Positions 52,555 to 62,723 of a DNA stretch of 64,000 nucleotides are shown here, in pieces. This DNA is from Pseudomonadota bacterium. Its GTDB lineage: Bacteria > Pseudomonadota > Alphaproteobacteria > Micropepsales > Micropepsaceae. How positions within the stretch are numbered: the first letter of the stretch is position 1; every line of letters starts with the position of its first letter. The translations under genes and the position numbers were made by a program. The stretch lies in assembly GCA_041178445.1 (NCBI GenBank), contig JBEGVG010000064.1, positions 34-64,033 of the forward strand, given 5' to 3'. Under the pieces are notes generated by a model, which saw only the letters and a list, made by a program, of their open reading frames with translations, searched no databases and had not been told where the DNA came from.

Positions 52555-54777
52555 CTAGAAAAAGCTCACCGGATCGACGTCCACCGCGACGCGCACCGAC
52601 GCCGGCACTTTTATACCGGCCAGCCAGCTTTTCAGATAGGCCTGCACATCCACGCTTTTGGCCGCCTGCACCAGCAGCCTCTCGCGGGTCTGGCCGCGCA
52701 GCAGCGCATAGAAAGCCGGCGTCGGGCCCCACACTTTCACGTCCCGGGCATTGGGCGCGCACTTGCCCAGCTGGCGGGCGATCTCACGCACCGCTTCGCC
52801 GTCATAACCACTGACCACCAAGGCCGCCAACCGCCCATAGGGCGGCGAGGCATAGGCTTCGCGCGAACTGCGCTCCTGCTCATAGAAACCATCGCGGTCG
52901 CCCCGGGCCAGGGCCTGCATCACCGCGTCTTCGGGATTGCGGGTTTGCAGCAAAACCAGTCCCGGCTTTTCGGCGCGTCCGGCGCGGCCCGATACCTGAT
53001 GCAGCAACTGAAACGTACGCTCGCGGGCGCGCAAATCGCCGTCGCTGCCGCCCAGATCGGCATCCACCACGCCCACCAAGGTCAGCTGCGGAAAATGATG
53101 TCCCTTGGCGACGATCTGGGTGCCGATCAGCACATCGATCTCGCGCCGCGCCATGGCGCGGATCGCGCCTTGCGTCTCAGCGGGGCCCTGCAGGATGTCG
53201 GATGAGGCGATGGCAAAGCGCGCATTGGGAAAGAACAGCGCGAATTCCTCGGCCACCCGTTCCACGCCAGGGCCACAAGCGATCAGCGTGCCGGTCTCGT
53301 TGCATTGCGGACAGCTGGACGGCATCGGCAGCTGATAGCCACATTGATGACAGGCCAGGCGCTTTTTGTATTTGTGCTCCACCAGCCAGGCCGAGCAATG
53401 CGGGCAGGTGAATTTGTGGCCGCAGGCTTCGCACAAGGTAAGCGGCGCATAGCCGCGGCGGTTGAGGAACAGCATCGCCTGCTCGCCCGCCGCCAGGGTG
53501 GTTTCCAGCGCCGCGCGCAGGGGCGGCGACAGCCATTGCGCCTTGCGTTCCGCATCGGGTGCATCACGCGCATGACGCAGATCGATCAATTCCACGCGCG
53601 GCATCTGCGCCACGCCATGGCGTGAAACCAGCTTTAAATGGCTGTAGCGGCCCTGGCATGCATTGACGAAGCTTTCCAGCGACGGGGTGGCGCTGGCCAG
53701 CACCACCGGACAATTCTCGATCCGGGCCCGCACCACCGCCATGTCGCGGGCGTGATAGATGGCGCCTTCCTGCTGCTTGAAGGCCTGTTCGTGTTCTTCA
53801 TCGACGATGATCAGGCCCAGTACGGGAAAGGGCAGAAAAAGCGAGGAGCGCGCCCCCACGATCACCCGCGCTTCGCCATTCATCACGGCGCGATAGGTGC
53901 GGCGGCGTTCCTTTTGCGACAGGTCGCTGTGCCATTCGGCGGGCCGCACCCCGAAGCGCGCGGCGAAGCGTTCCAGGAACTGCACCGTCAGCGCGATCTC
54001 GGGCAGCAGGATCATCACCTGCCTGCCACCTTCCAGCGCCGCCGCGATGGCTTCGAAATAGACTTCGGTCTTGCCCGACCCGGTGACGCCGTCCAGCAGA
54101 TGGGCGGAGAATTTTTCCTGCGCCACTGCATCGCGCAGCATCTTGGCAGCAGCGGTCTGATCATCGCTGAGCGTCGGCGCGGCAAATCCGGCTTCCGGCT
54201 GCTTGAAGGGCGCGAACTCCGGCAGCTCGGTGGGAATCAGCGCACCGGCGGTGACCAGCCCGCGTACCACGGCGGCTGACACATTGGCGTCCTCCGCCAA
54301 TCCGCTGACGCTACGCGCCAAGCCATCGCTGGCCACGTCCAGCGCCCGCACTCGCGCCGCCGACATGCGCGGCGGGGTGATCGAGCCGCGCACATAGGCG
54401 ATGCGCTTGGTTTCCGGCTCGAACGCGCCACGCGACCTGAGCGCCATTGCCAGGATCGCGCCCGGCGGGTTCAAGGTGTAATCGGCCACCCAATCAATGA
54501 AGTCGCACAATTTCTCCGGCAGGCGCGGCGCGCCATCCAGCGGCACGGCCTCTTTCAGCCGGTTGTCGCCGATCGTGCCCTCGGCTTTTCCCCACACCGC
54601 ACCCAGCACTTCACGGTTCCCCAGGGGCGCCGCCACCAGCGTGCCGCGCGGAACATTGACCCCCGGCGGCAGCTTGTAGTCATAGGCCCCGGCCAGCGGC
54701 AGCGGCAGCAGCACGCCGACAACCGGTTTGGGCTGGATTTCCGCATGCGAAGCGGGGTTTAAGCGGGCGCGTATCAT
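52555..54777 (-). CDS. priA: Primosomal protein N'
   Basis: GVTGSGKTE, IVDEEH, LASATPS, four CxxC, QVSGRAGR. Confidence 0.98.
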   Translation of the reverse strand: MIRARLNPASHAEIQPKPVVGVLLPLPLAGAYDYKLPPGVNVPRGTLVAAPLGNREVLGAVWGKAEGTIGDNRLKEAVPLDGAPRLPEKLCDFIDWVADYTLNPPGAILAMALRSRGAFEPETKRIAYVRGSITPPRMSAARVRALDVASDGLARSVSGLAEDANVSAAVVRGLVTAGALIPTELPEFAPFKQPEAGFAAPTLSDDQTAAAKMLRDAVAQEKFSAHLLDGVTGSGKTEVYFEAIAAALEGGRQVMILLPEIALTVQFLERFAARFGVRPAEWHSDLSQKERRRTYRAVMNGEARVIVGARSSLFLPFPVLGLIIVDEEHEQAFKQQEGAIYHARDMAVVRARIENCPVVLASATPSLESFVNACQGRYSHLKLVSRHGVAQMPRVELIDLRHARDAPDAERKAQWLSPPLRAALETTLAAGEQAMLFLNRRGYAPLTLCEACGHKFTCPHCSAWLVEHKYKKRLACHQCGYQLPMPSSCPQCNETGTLIACGPGVERVAEEFALFFPNARFAIASSDILQGPAETQGAIRAMARREIDVLIGTQIVAKGHHFPQLTLVGVVDADLGGSDGDLRARERTFQLLHQVSGRAGRAEKPGLVLLQTRNPEDAVMQALARGDRDGFYEQERSSREAYASPPYGRLAALVVSGYDGEAVREIARQLGKCAPNARDVKVWGPTPAFYALLRGQTRERLLVQAAKSVDVQAYLKSWLAGIKVPASVRVAVDVDPVSFF

Positions 54778-54836
54778 GGGTTAGAATGGGGTACGCCCCG
54801 CCCCAATCCCAGGTCAATAAATAAGGTCTTTGGTCC

Positions 54837-55490
54837 ATGAAAATCTTCCTCGACACCGCCGATGTGGCGGAAATCCGCGAATATGCCGCCAGCGGCCTGG
54901 TCGATGGCGTCACCACCAATCCCAGCCTCGCCGCCAAGACGGGCCGCGATTATGTCGAATCGCTGAAGGAAATCTGTTCGGTGGTGCCCGGCGCGGTGAG
55001 CGGCGAGGTGCTGGCCACCGACTATGACGGCATGATGAAGGAAGCGGCGATCCTGACCAAGATCGCCAAGAACATCGCGGTGAAAGTGCCGCTGACCTGG
55101 GACGGGCTGAAGGCCTGCGCCGCGCTGGCCAAGGACGGCACCATGGTCAATGTCACGCTGTGCTTCTCGCCGGTGCAGGCCTGGATGGCCGCCAAGGCGG
55201 GCGCGACGTTCATTTCGCCCTTCATCGGCCGCGTCGATGATGCGGGCGAAGACGGTATGGGACTGATCCGCGATATCCGCACCGTCTATGACAATTACGG
55301 CTTCAAGACGGAAATCCTGGCGGCTTCGATCCGCAGCATCAGCCATGTGCGCGAGTCGATTCTGGCGGGCGCCGATGTCGGCACCATGCCGAGCGACATT
55401 TTCAAGAAGCTGATCAGCCATCCCTTGACCGACAAGGGCCTGGCCGCCTTTGTCGCCGACGCCAAAAAGGCCAATGTCGTCATAAAGTGA
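54837..55490 (+). CDS. tal: Transaldolase / fructose-6-phosphate aldolase (TalC/Fsa family)
   Basis: FLDTA, GVTTNPS, VKVP, NVTLCFS, ISPFIGR. Confidence 0.9.
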   Translation: MKIFLDTADVAEIREYAASGLVDGVTTNPSLAAKTGRDYVESLKEICSVVPGAVSGEVLATDYDGMMKEAAILTKIAKNIAVKVPLTWDGLKACAALAKDGTMVNVTLCFSPVQAWMAAKAGATFISPFIGRVDDAGEDGMGLIRDIRTVYDNYGFKTEILAASIRSISHVRESILAGADVGTMPSDIFKKLISHPLTDKGLAAFVADAKKANVVIK

Positions 55491-56404
55491 GCGAAAGCGC
55501 CGACACGCTTCGCAAAAGCTGGCTTTCGATGCTGGCGCATGAGCGGCGCGCTTCGCCCAACACCTTGCGCGCTTACGGCGATGACGTGGCGCGCTTCATC
55601 GGTTTCCAGGCGCAGCATGTCGGCGGGGCGGTGACGGCCAAGGCGCTGGCCAAGCTGAAGCCCGCAGACATCCGCGCCTTTGTTTCCAGCCGCCGCAGCG
55701 AAGGCTTGGGCGCGGGCGGGGTGCAGCGGGCGCTGGCGGCGGTGCGCAGCTTCTACAAATTCCTCGCCCGCGAAGGCATCCTGGAGAATGCCGCCGCTCG
55801 GTCCATCCGCACCCCGCGCGTGCGCCGTCCGCTGCCGCGCCCGCTGACGGCGGTGGATGCGGCGCGCGCCATCGAGGAAGCCGGCGAACATAATGTGGAA
55901 TGGCTGGGGGCCCGCGATGCGGCGCTGCTGACGCTGCTCTATGGCGCGGGCCTGCGCATTTCCGAGGCGCTGGGCCTCAAGCGCGGCGACGTGCCGCTGG
56001 GCGAAAGTCTGACGGTGGTCGGCAAGGGCCGCAAGGAACGCAGCGTGCCGATGCTGCCTTTGCTGCGCGAAGCGCTGCAGACTTATGCCGACAAGATTCC
56101 CTTCACCGGGGCGCCGTCCTCGCCGCTGTTCCTGTCGCGGCGGGGCCTGCCGATGAGCGCGCGCGAGGCGCAAGGCTTGATGCAGAAACTGCGCGGGCGC
56201 TTGGGTTTGCCCGAAAAGGCCACGCCCCATGCCCTGCGCCATTCCTTCGCCACCCATATCCTGCAAGGCGGCGGCGACCTTCGCAGCGTGCAGGAATTGC
56301 TGGGGCATTCCTCGCTCTCCACCACCCAGATCTACACCGCGATCGAGACCAGCCAGCTGCTGAAAACCTACGAAAATGCGCATCCCAGAGCCCGGCGTGG
56401 CTGA
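55487..56404 (+). CDS. xerC: Chromosomal tyrosine recombinase XerC
   Basis: [41 protein letters not shown]. Confidence 0.9.
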   Translation: MSESADTLRKSWLSMLAHERRASPNTLRAYGDDVARFIGFQAQHVGGAVTAKALAKLKPADIRAFVSSRRSEGLGAGGVQRALAAVRSFYKFLAREGILENAAARSIRTPRVRRPLPRPLTAVDAARAIEEAGEHNVEWLGARDAALLTLLYGAGLRISEALGLKRGDVPLGESLTVVGKGRKERSVPMLPLLREALQTYADKIPFTGAPSSPLFLSRRGLPMSAREAQGLMQKLRGRLGLPEKATPHALRHSFATHILQGGGDLRSVQELLGHSSLSTTQIYTAIETSQLLKTYENAHPRARRG

Positions 56405-56479
56405 TATTGCGGGCACCAAAGCCGCGGGCTAGGCTCGCGCCCGCTGACAATTGGGCGCATCGCCCGCTGGGGAGAATTC

Positions 56480-57730
56480 ATGAAGAAGTTGATCTGTGCC
56501 GCCGCACTGTTGTGCGGCGCGGTGCCGGCTTTTGCGCAACAACCCGATGGCCTGATCCTGCCCAAGGGCTTTCATGCCCAGGTGGTGGCTGACAATCTGG
56601 GGCCCATCCGCCACATGGCGCTGCGCGGCAACGATATCTATGTCTCGACCCGCCACGGCGCCAAGGACCCTTCCGTCGGCATCATCGCGCTGCGCCTGGC
56701 GCCCGATCACACCGTGCTGCAAAAGGCCAATTTCGGCGTGGGCACGGTCGACCAGGGCACCGGCATCAAGGTGTGGAAGGGTTCGCTCTATGCCGCCTCG
56801 GGCACCCAGGTTCATCGCTTCACGCTGGACGACATGCTGGTCCCCACCAAATCCGAAGTGATCGTGGACGGTATCACGCCCAGCAATCACCCCCTCGCAT
56901 TTGACGGCAAGGGCAGCCTGTATGTCTCGATCGATGGCGGCGGCGGCGTCAACAATTGCCCCGACCCCAAGAATCCCAAGGAAGCCAAGCCCAAGGGTCT
57001 CATGCCCTGTCCGCTGCTGGCCTTCCGCGGCGGCATCTGGCGTTTTGACGAAGCCAAGGCAGGCCAGAAGCTGGCCGACGGCGAACACTTCGCCACCGGC
57101 ATCCGCAATTCCAGCGCGATGGACTCGCGCCAAGGCGACGGCCTCTATCTGACCAATCACGGCCGCGACGGCACCTCCAAGGGCTGGCCCGAACTTCTCA
57201 CCCAGGCCGATGACGATGCGATCCCCGACGAGATGTTCAAGGTCGCCAAGGGCACCGACATGGGCTGGCCCTATACCTATTGGGATGGGGTGAAGAAGGT
57301 TCGCCTGTCGGCGCCGGAATATGGCGGCGACGGCAAGACGGCGGTGACGGACGCAAAGTACGCCAAGCCGGTGGTGGCGTTCCACCAGCTGCGCCCCGCC
57401 ACGCTCGACATGACCTTCTATAACGGCACCCAGTTTCCGCGGAGCTATCGCGGCGGCGCCTTCCTGGCCATGCATGGCGGCAACGATCCGGCGATCGTGC
57501 CGGGCGGCCGCAAGGGCTATAATGTGATGTTCGTGCCGTTCGTGGGCGGCAAGCCCGGCACCCCGGTGGCCTTCGCCGAAGGCTTTGCCGGCCCTAGTCC
57601 TGAGCACAAGAATACCAAGCAGGCCACCTACCGCCCGGTGGGCGTGGCGGTGGCCCCGGACGGCGCGCTGTTCGTCGCCGATTCCCGAAAGGGCCGGATC
57701 TGGCGGATTTCCTATACCGGCAAGCCCTGA
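56480..57730 (+). CDS. Exported glucose/sorbosone dehydrogenase-like beta-propeller
   Basis: Signal peptide, ATGIRN, GWP, AFLAMHG, YRPVGVAVAPDGALFVADS..GRIWRI. Confidence 0.85.
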   Translation: MKKLICAAALLCGAVPAFAQQPDGLILPKGFHAQVVADNLGPIRHMALRGNDIYVSTRHGAKDPSVGIIALRLAPDHTVLQKANFGVGTVDQGTGIKVWKGSLYAASGTQVHRFTLDDMLVPTKSEVIVDGITPSNHPLAFDGKGSLYVSIDGGGGVNNCPDPKNPKEAKPKGLMPCPLLAFRGGIWRFDEAKAGQKLADGEHFATGIRNSSAMDSRQGDGLYLTNHGRDGTSKGWPELLTQADDDAIPDEMFKVAKGTDMGWPYTYWDGVKKVRLSAPEYGGDGKTAVTDAKYAKPVVAFHQLRPATLDMTFYNGTQFPRSYRGGAFLAMHGGNDPAIVPGGRKGYNVMFVPFVGGKPGTPVAFAEGFAGPSPEHKNTKQATYRPVGVAVAPDGALFVADSRKGRIWRISYTGKP

Positions 57731-57809
57731 TTAAGGGGTTTTGGGCTAGCTTAGGCGTTGCGCCGGGGGTGCGGGATCAGTAGTTTCCGCCACCTCCGGC
57801 CAACCGGAA

Positions 57810-57885
57810 GCCGCCTTAGCTCAGTCGGTAGAGCATCGCATTCGTAATGCGGGGGTCGCCAGTTCGAGTCTGGCAGGCGGCACCA
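57810..57885 (+). tRNA. tRNA-Thr (CGT)
   Basis: GCCGCCTTAGCTCAGTCGGTAGAGCATCGCATTCGTAATGCGGGGGTCGCCAGTTCGAGTCTGGCAGGCGGCACCA. Confidence 0.97.
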
Positions 57886-57960
57886 TTCAATTGCCCCGCA
57901 AAGCGGGTCAATTGAATGACAAGCGGCGGCTAGCGTCAGCGTAGCGCCGCCGCGCGTCAG

Positions 57961-57986
57961 TGCCCGCGAGAAATCGCGGGCTTTTT
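57961..57986 (+). terminator. Terminator after tRNA-Thr (third of three hairpins)
   Basis: GCCCGCGA-GAAA-TCGCGGGC-TTTTT. Confidence 0.75.
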
Positions 57987-57989
57987 AAT

Positions 57990-59213
57990 GCCAAGCCCAT
58001 CACAAAGTGAAATGAGCATTTAGCAAGCTCCATAGTGGCGGGGGTTCGAAATCATGACCTAGCGCTTTAGCAGATATGAGGTGAAGCTTAGGCACGGGCG
58101 TGGAGTCGGGTAGTACGTGTCTAATGAAGGGGGCGGCAGATGGCGCAATTCTCGTCAGAGCAAATAGCGACAAATATAAAGAACGAATCAATATTTTGTC
58201 CGCACACTCGTTACCTTAGAGAAAAGAAGCAGCAAAGCGACAATCCGCCTTCGACTCCGGCCGGTGCTGAGCAAGGCACCTTTGTACACTATACATCTGC
58301 GGAAGCGGCCCTTCAGATCATCAGAGATAAGCGTCTCTGGATGAGAAACACGACGTGTATGGCGGACTACAGCGAGGTACAGCGCGGCTACTCGATTCTT
58401 AGAACTTCTTCCGTGCGAATGACAGCGAGAACATGAAGCGTCTAATCGCTGTGACTGATGTTATACAGCCAGGCTTGGCGGTCAATGCTGTGCAAGTGTT
58501 CGATCAGCTGTGGAATAAGCATCGCTACCAGATATACATAACTTCCGTTGCTGAACATGATCGAGTCACGGAGGACGTCAACGGCCGCCCCTCAATGTGG
58601 CGCGCTTTCGGAGCAACTCCGCGTGTGGCCCTAACTTTTTCCATTCCATGGAGCTCATCTGCGACACATGCATTGAAAATAATGTTCAATCCTGTGAGCT
58701 ACCTTGATGAAGCAGGTGCATATGCAGATCTAAATGCTGCTATAGGCAATATTGAGCGCGAAACTGAGTACTTGAAGAGCCGTCCGCCCGAGGAGGTCCA
58801 TGGGTGGGTGTTTCAGATGCTGCTGACAGCAGTCTGTTGCATTAAGCACGAAGGCTTTTCAGAAGAGCGAGAATGGCGAGGCGTATACTCTCCATTTTTC
58901 GGTAGTGGGCGGCCATCAGAAACGTCGGCGTTGGAGAAAAGTTTGAAAGTGATCCAAGGCGTACCTCAAACTGTCTATCAGATACCGCTCGACGTATCGG
59001 TTAGTGCCGGACTTGAAGACTTGGATATGGTGCGCTGTTTGCGCAAAATTATTATAGGCCCGACATCGTATCCATGGGTGATGTACGAGGCGTTCGTCGA
59101 GGCATTGACGGACCTAAAGGCTCCAGACCCTACCAGCATGGTGGCCGTCACCTCCTTGCCGCTCAGAGGATAATTCTGCGGGCCTTAGTTTATCTTCCGC
59201 GTTGCCACAACAC
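57990..59213. mobile_element. AT-richer islet at the tRNA-Thr 3' end; no integrase or att repeat seen
   Basis: Abrupt shift to A/T-ending codons and lower GC than the flanks (judged by eye). Confidence 0.55.
58140..59173 (+). pseudogene. DUF2971-domain gene, frameshifted near 58401-58404
   Basis: HYTSAEAA..I...LWMRN...MADYSE in frame 1; SMWRAFG, KHEGFSEEREWR, IIIGP in the -1 frame. Confidence 0.75.
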
Positions 59214-59281
59214 CTAACGCGCCAGCAGATCAGACCTGAGCTGGGATTTCACGATCGGTGCCTTGCCGCTCTGGCTGTGCT
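59214..59281 (-). pseudogene. Decayed copy of the 3' end of the 60398-62572 gene
   Basis: 39/43 nt identical to 60398-60440 including the TAG, then continued similarity with a net 9-nt deletion. Confidence 0.85.
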
Positions 59282-59287
59282 CAGCAC

Positions 59288-60367
59288 CTACGTCTCCGTG
59301 AACAGCCCCGTCTTGGGCGGCACCGGCAATTTCACCTTCAGCACATCGCGCATGTAGCGCACGCTGGCCGCGATATTATCGTCCACGCTGCCGGTGCCAT
59401 CGCCGGGGCGGGGCGCGTCGATGTCGAACACCGTCCAGCCCTTCCAGCGCCGCTTGCGCAGCACCGCGAACACGCCGGGAAAATCCACGCCGCCGCCCTG
59501 GCCGACCGAGGCATAGACACTTTTGACGCGGTGCTGCGCCTGGGTCGGGGTGGCCTTGTTGCCGCGATATTCCGGAAACGTGTCCTTCAAATGGAATTCG
59601 GCGATTCTGGGCAGGAACTCATCGGTGATCTTCACCACATCCATGCCGCCCAGCACATTGTGGCCGGTGTCCAGGCAGAGGAAGACATAGCGCGGATCGG
59701 TCAATTCCATCACCCGGCGAAATTCGTGTTCGCGCTCCATCGGCCCCCAGGTGTGGGGATGCAGGGCAAGCTTGACGCCATAGGGCAGGGTGCGCCGCCC
59801 GATCTCATTGGCGGTGTCCGCCAACCCTTTGAGCTGGTCGTCGCTGGGGCCGTTCGGCGGGCGGCCGCCCATATTGTTCTTCCACGGCACGATGCCCAAA
59901 GGCTGCAGCAGATCGCGGGCGCTGGCTTCCATCTCCGCTATCAGCTGCTTGCTGCCTTCGCCGCCCAGCCAGGGATAGGCACCCGCATCATTGGCGGCGG
60001 CCGGCGCGCCGGCGGGGCGGGGACGACGGGCCAGCCCGCCGACGCTGACCGGCGTTATGCCGATTTCGTCATACAGCTTCTTCAGCGCCATGGGATTGTC
60101 GAGCCACTGCGTCACCTGGCCGGGATAGGGCTCAAAGCCTTCCAGCCCGTAATGCCGGCAGTCTTCCAGCATCATGCGCATATTGCTCGACATCCGCATC
60201 GAGGTGGCACCGGGGGGCCAGACGCCGAAGATCGAACCGGTGGTGCCGAACCCGATATCGGGATTGACGGGATCGAGGCCCTTGGGCGCCGCGAAAGCGG
60301 AGCCCGCCGCGCACAGCCCGGCGACTGCAACTGTCGAGCTAAGAAAATCGCGTCTGGTGCTGGTCAT
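59288..60367 (-). CDS. Tat-exported sugar-phosphate isomerase/epimerase-like TIM barrel (AP_endonuc_2/IolE family)
   Basis: TRRDFL Tat signal, LHPHT, LCLDTGHN, FHLKD; GGAGGGG RBS. Confidence 0.82.
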   Translation of the reverse strand: MTSTRRDFLSSTVAVAGLCAAGSAFAAPKGLDPVNPDIGFGTTGSIFGVWPPGATSMRMSSNMRMMLEDCRHYGLEGFEPYPGQVTQWLDNPMALKKLYDEIGITPVSVGGLARRPRPAGAPAAANDAGAYPWLGGEGSKQLIAEMEASARDLLQPLGIVPWKNNMGGRPPNGPSDDQLKGLADTANEIGRRTLPYGVKLALHPHTWGPMEREHEFRRVMELTDPRYVFLCLDTGHNVLGGMDVVKITDEFLPRIAEFHLKDTFPEYRGNKATPTQAQHRVKSVYASVGQGGGVDFPGVFAVLRKRRWKGWTVFDIDAPRPGDGTGSVDDNIAASVRYMRDVLKVKLPVPPKTGLFTET

Positions 60368-60397
60368 GGTGTTTCCCCTCCGTTTTTATTTTTTTGA

Positions 60398-62572
60398 CTA
60401 TCGCGCCAGCGGATCAGGCCTGAGCTGGAATTTCACGATCTTGCTGGTGGTGCCCTTGCCGCCCTCGATGTGCTGCGGGGCGCGGGTCGCATAGGTGGAC
60501 CACAGGCCCTTGCCTTTCCAGCCCTTGCCCGGATCGTCGATGCGCCCGTCCAGCCCCTTGGCGTAAAAGCCCATTGGATAGGGCACGCGCAGGGTGACGA
60601 ACTTGCCGTCCTTCAGCGCCAGCAGCGCGTCGGAGGCATTGCCGGTGGCGATCGGCACATCGTTGCCCAGACCGAACGTGTCCTGCTGATCCACCCAGGC
60701 GTAATAGCTGGATTCCACGCTGCCCGGCGCGTTCACGCCCTTGAATTGCGGTCCGGGGAAGGGATACATCGTCCACCCCTCGGGACAATGATGGCCCGTC
60801 GCCTTGGGCCCGTTCAGTGGCCCCTTGCACTTGCGCCGGTCGAAGCTGGCGAACTGGCCGCTGGACAAGGACACCCAGGCGACACCATTGCTGTCGATAT
60901 CCATGCCGCGCGGCCCATAGCCCTTGGCCGCGGCTTTCGGGTCGTCGACCGGGACATAGAAGATTTCCGCGATCGCCGTCTCGGGCGGGTTCTTGCCCGG
61001 CGCGAGGCGCTGGACGCCGCCGTTCGGATAGCCCAGGAACGAGCCCCAGATCGCGCCGTCCTTCGGGCTGATCGCCACGGCGTAATATCCCGCGCGCACC
61101 CGCATGTCCTTGCCCGGCTCCTGCGGCTGGCCCGGCTCGGTATATTCGCCGCGCTTGCCGTCGCCATTGGTGTCCAGGATCAGCGCCGTCCAGCCCTGCG
61201 ACTTCTGTTCGTCGCCGGTTTCCAGATACATCTTGCTGTTCAGCCAGCCGATCACATCGCCGCCGCCGCTGGTCCATAGCGTGTTGTTCGCGTCATAGGC
61301 GAAGTTGAGATGATGGGTGCTGTAGCAGGTGTCGATCAGCGAGAATTTCTTGGTCTTAAGATAGTACACCGCCAGATTGCGCCCGGTGGTCTGGGTGGGG
61401 AACAGCTTGGCGGAAGGATGCGAGGAACCCGCGCGGCAGAAGGCCGGCGTCTCGGGGGCGCGGATGCGCTGGGTCAGCCACACCCGTCCGTCCTGGTCGA
61501 ACATCGGATTGTGGATGTTGGTCTGGCTGTCCCAGATCGGCGTGTTGCCCCAATAGGGCGAGGGCGCCGGAATCACATTGTTCTTGGTGGTGGGGGTATT
61601 GGCGTCGCGGGCCGGGGCCTTGACCATGGTGGCGACGTGCTTGGTGGGGTCCAGCACCGGAATGAAGTCGGTGCTTTCCTCTGCCGCGCCATAGAGCGGG
61701 CCATAGGCATTGACCCGCGGATTGCGCCGGTCGGTGGCGATTTCATCATGCAGATAGGCGGTGGGGCTGTGCCAGTCCCACAATGTCACCACGACATTGC
61801 GCTCGATTCCTTGCGGGCGGGGCGGCTTGGCGAAGGGTAGCTCGCCCTTCCGGACCCGGTCGGTCCAGTCGCCGAACAGCGCCAAGGCCCGCTGGGTATC
61901 CAGCCGGCCGATGCCGTTGATCATGGAATTGCCGGCCTGTCCCACCTGGATGCGATGCTCCCAGGCTTCGGCGGATGTCTTGAACTTGCCCAGCGCCGGC
62001 AGGTAATCGCGCGTGGCTTCATTGCCCAGCTGGTGACAGGTGAAGCAGCCATTGGTCTTGACCACGTCCAGCCACTGGGCCTGGCTTTTCATCTTGGGGT
62101 CCATGCCATTGCCCTGCGGCTTGGGCCCGGTGCCGGGAAATTCATTCGCCGCCGGAATCCCCAGCATGGCGTACCAGTACATCGCGGGATAATAGCGCGC
62201 CGCCGCCGCGTCATTGGGCGCGGGCACCGCCTTCAGGGTCAGCATCTTGCCCGGCGCCGACGTCACTTTGGGGGAATCCACCAACCCATAACCCCGCACC
62301 CAGATGGAGTAGCTGGCGCGCGGCAGATCGGGAATCAGAAAGCGCCCCTGATCGTCGGTCACCACGATCTTGGCATACTTGGTGGGAAGGTCCTTGGTCT
62401 CGGCGATGACCCAGACCCCGGCTTCGGGGCCTTTGGCGCCCGTGACGGTGCCGCCGATATCATCGCCGTCTATGGCGGGGGTGTTCTGCGCGGTGCCCGG
62501 CGCAACGGCGAACCAGAATGCGGCGGCCGCGCCCGCGGCCAGTGATCCACCCAACAGGAATCTTTTTCTCAT
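60398..62572 (-). CDS. Secreted protein: carboxypeptidase-regulatory-like N-domain, one CxxCH motif, beta-propeller-like repeats
   Basis: Signal peptide, GVWVIAET...VTDDQGRF..PDLP, NGCFTCHQ, repeated DG.VW motifs. Confidence 0.75.
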   Translation of the reverse strand: MRKRFLLGGSLAAGAAAAFWFAVAPGTAQNTPAIDGDDIGGTVTGAKGPEAGVWVIAETKDLPTKYAKIVVTDDQGRFLIPDLPRASYSIWVRGYGLVDSPKVTSAPGKMLTLKAVPAPNDAAAARYYPAMYWYAMLGIPAANEFPGTGPKPQGNGMDPKMKSQAQWLDVVKTNGCFTCHQLGNEATRDYLPALGKFKTSAEAWEHRIQVGQAGNSMINGIGRLDTQRALALFGDWTDRVRKGELPFAKPPRPQGIERNVVVTLWDWHSPTAYLHDEIATDRRNPRVNAYGPLYGAAEESTDFIPVLDPTKHVATMVKAPARDANTPTTKNNVIPAPSPYWGNTPIWDSQTNIHNPMFDQDGRVWLTQRIRAPETPAFCRAGSSHPSAKLFPTQTTGRNLAVYYLKTKKFSLIDTCYSTHHLNFAYDANNTLWTSGGGDVIGWLNSKMYLETGDEQKSQGWTALILDTNGDGKRGEYTEPGQPQEPGKDMRVRAGYYAVAISPKDGAIWGSFLGYPNGGVQRLAPGKNPPETAIAEIFYVPVDDPKAAAKGYGPRGMDIDSNGVAWVSLSSGQFASFDRRKCKGPLNGPKATGHHCPEGWTMYPFPGPQFKGVNAPGSVESSYYAWVDQQDTFGLGNDVPIATGNASDALLALKDGKFVTLRVPYPMGFYAKGLDGRIDDPGKGWKGKGLWSTYATRAPQHIEGGKGTTSKIVKFQLRPDPLAR

Positions 62573-62723
62573 GTCCGTTTTCCGCCATGAGTTCACGCGG
62601 CTCCATGGCCGCGCGCGGACCCTAGCACTTTGGCTTGAAATTTCAGAGTCCCGGCGCACCGGAAACAGGCTGTGCGACTTGCCCGGCCTGACAGCCTGTC
62701 GCTAACTAGGGGCGGGGAAATGG

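Noticed and set aside
55487-56404. Tyrosine recombinase as the integrase of the tRNA-Thr islet
   Set aside because: Size, motifs, host codon usage and the priA-tal-xerC context indicate housekeeping XerC; it lies upstream of the tRNA, outside the islet.
58035-58075. TGGCG...GGTTCGAAATCATGACC as a tRNA fragment or att site
   Set aside because: No acceptor or anticodon stems can be formed and it does not match tRNA-Thr; the resemblance is too short.
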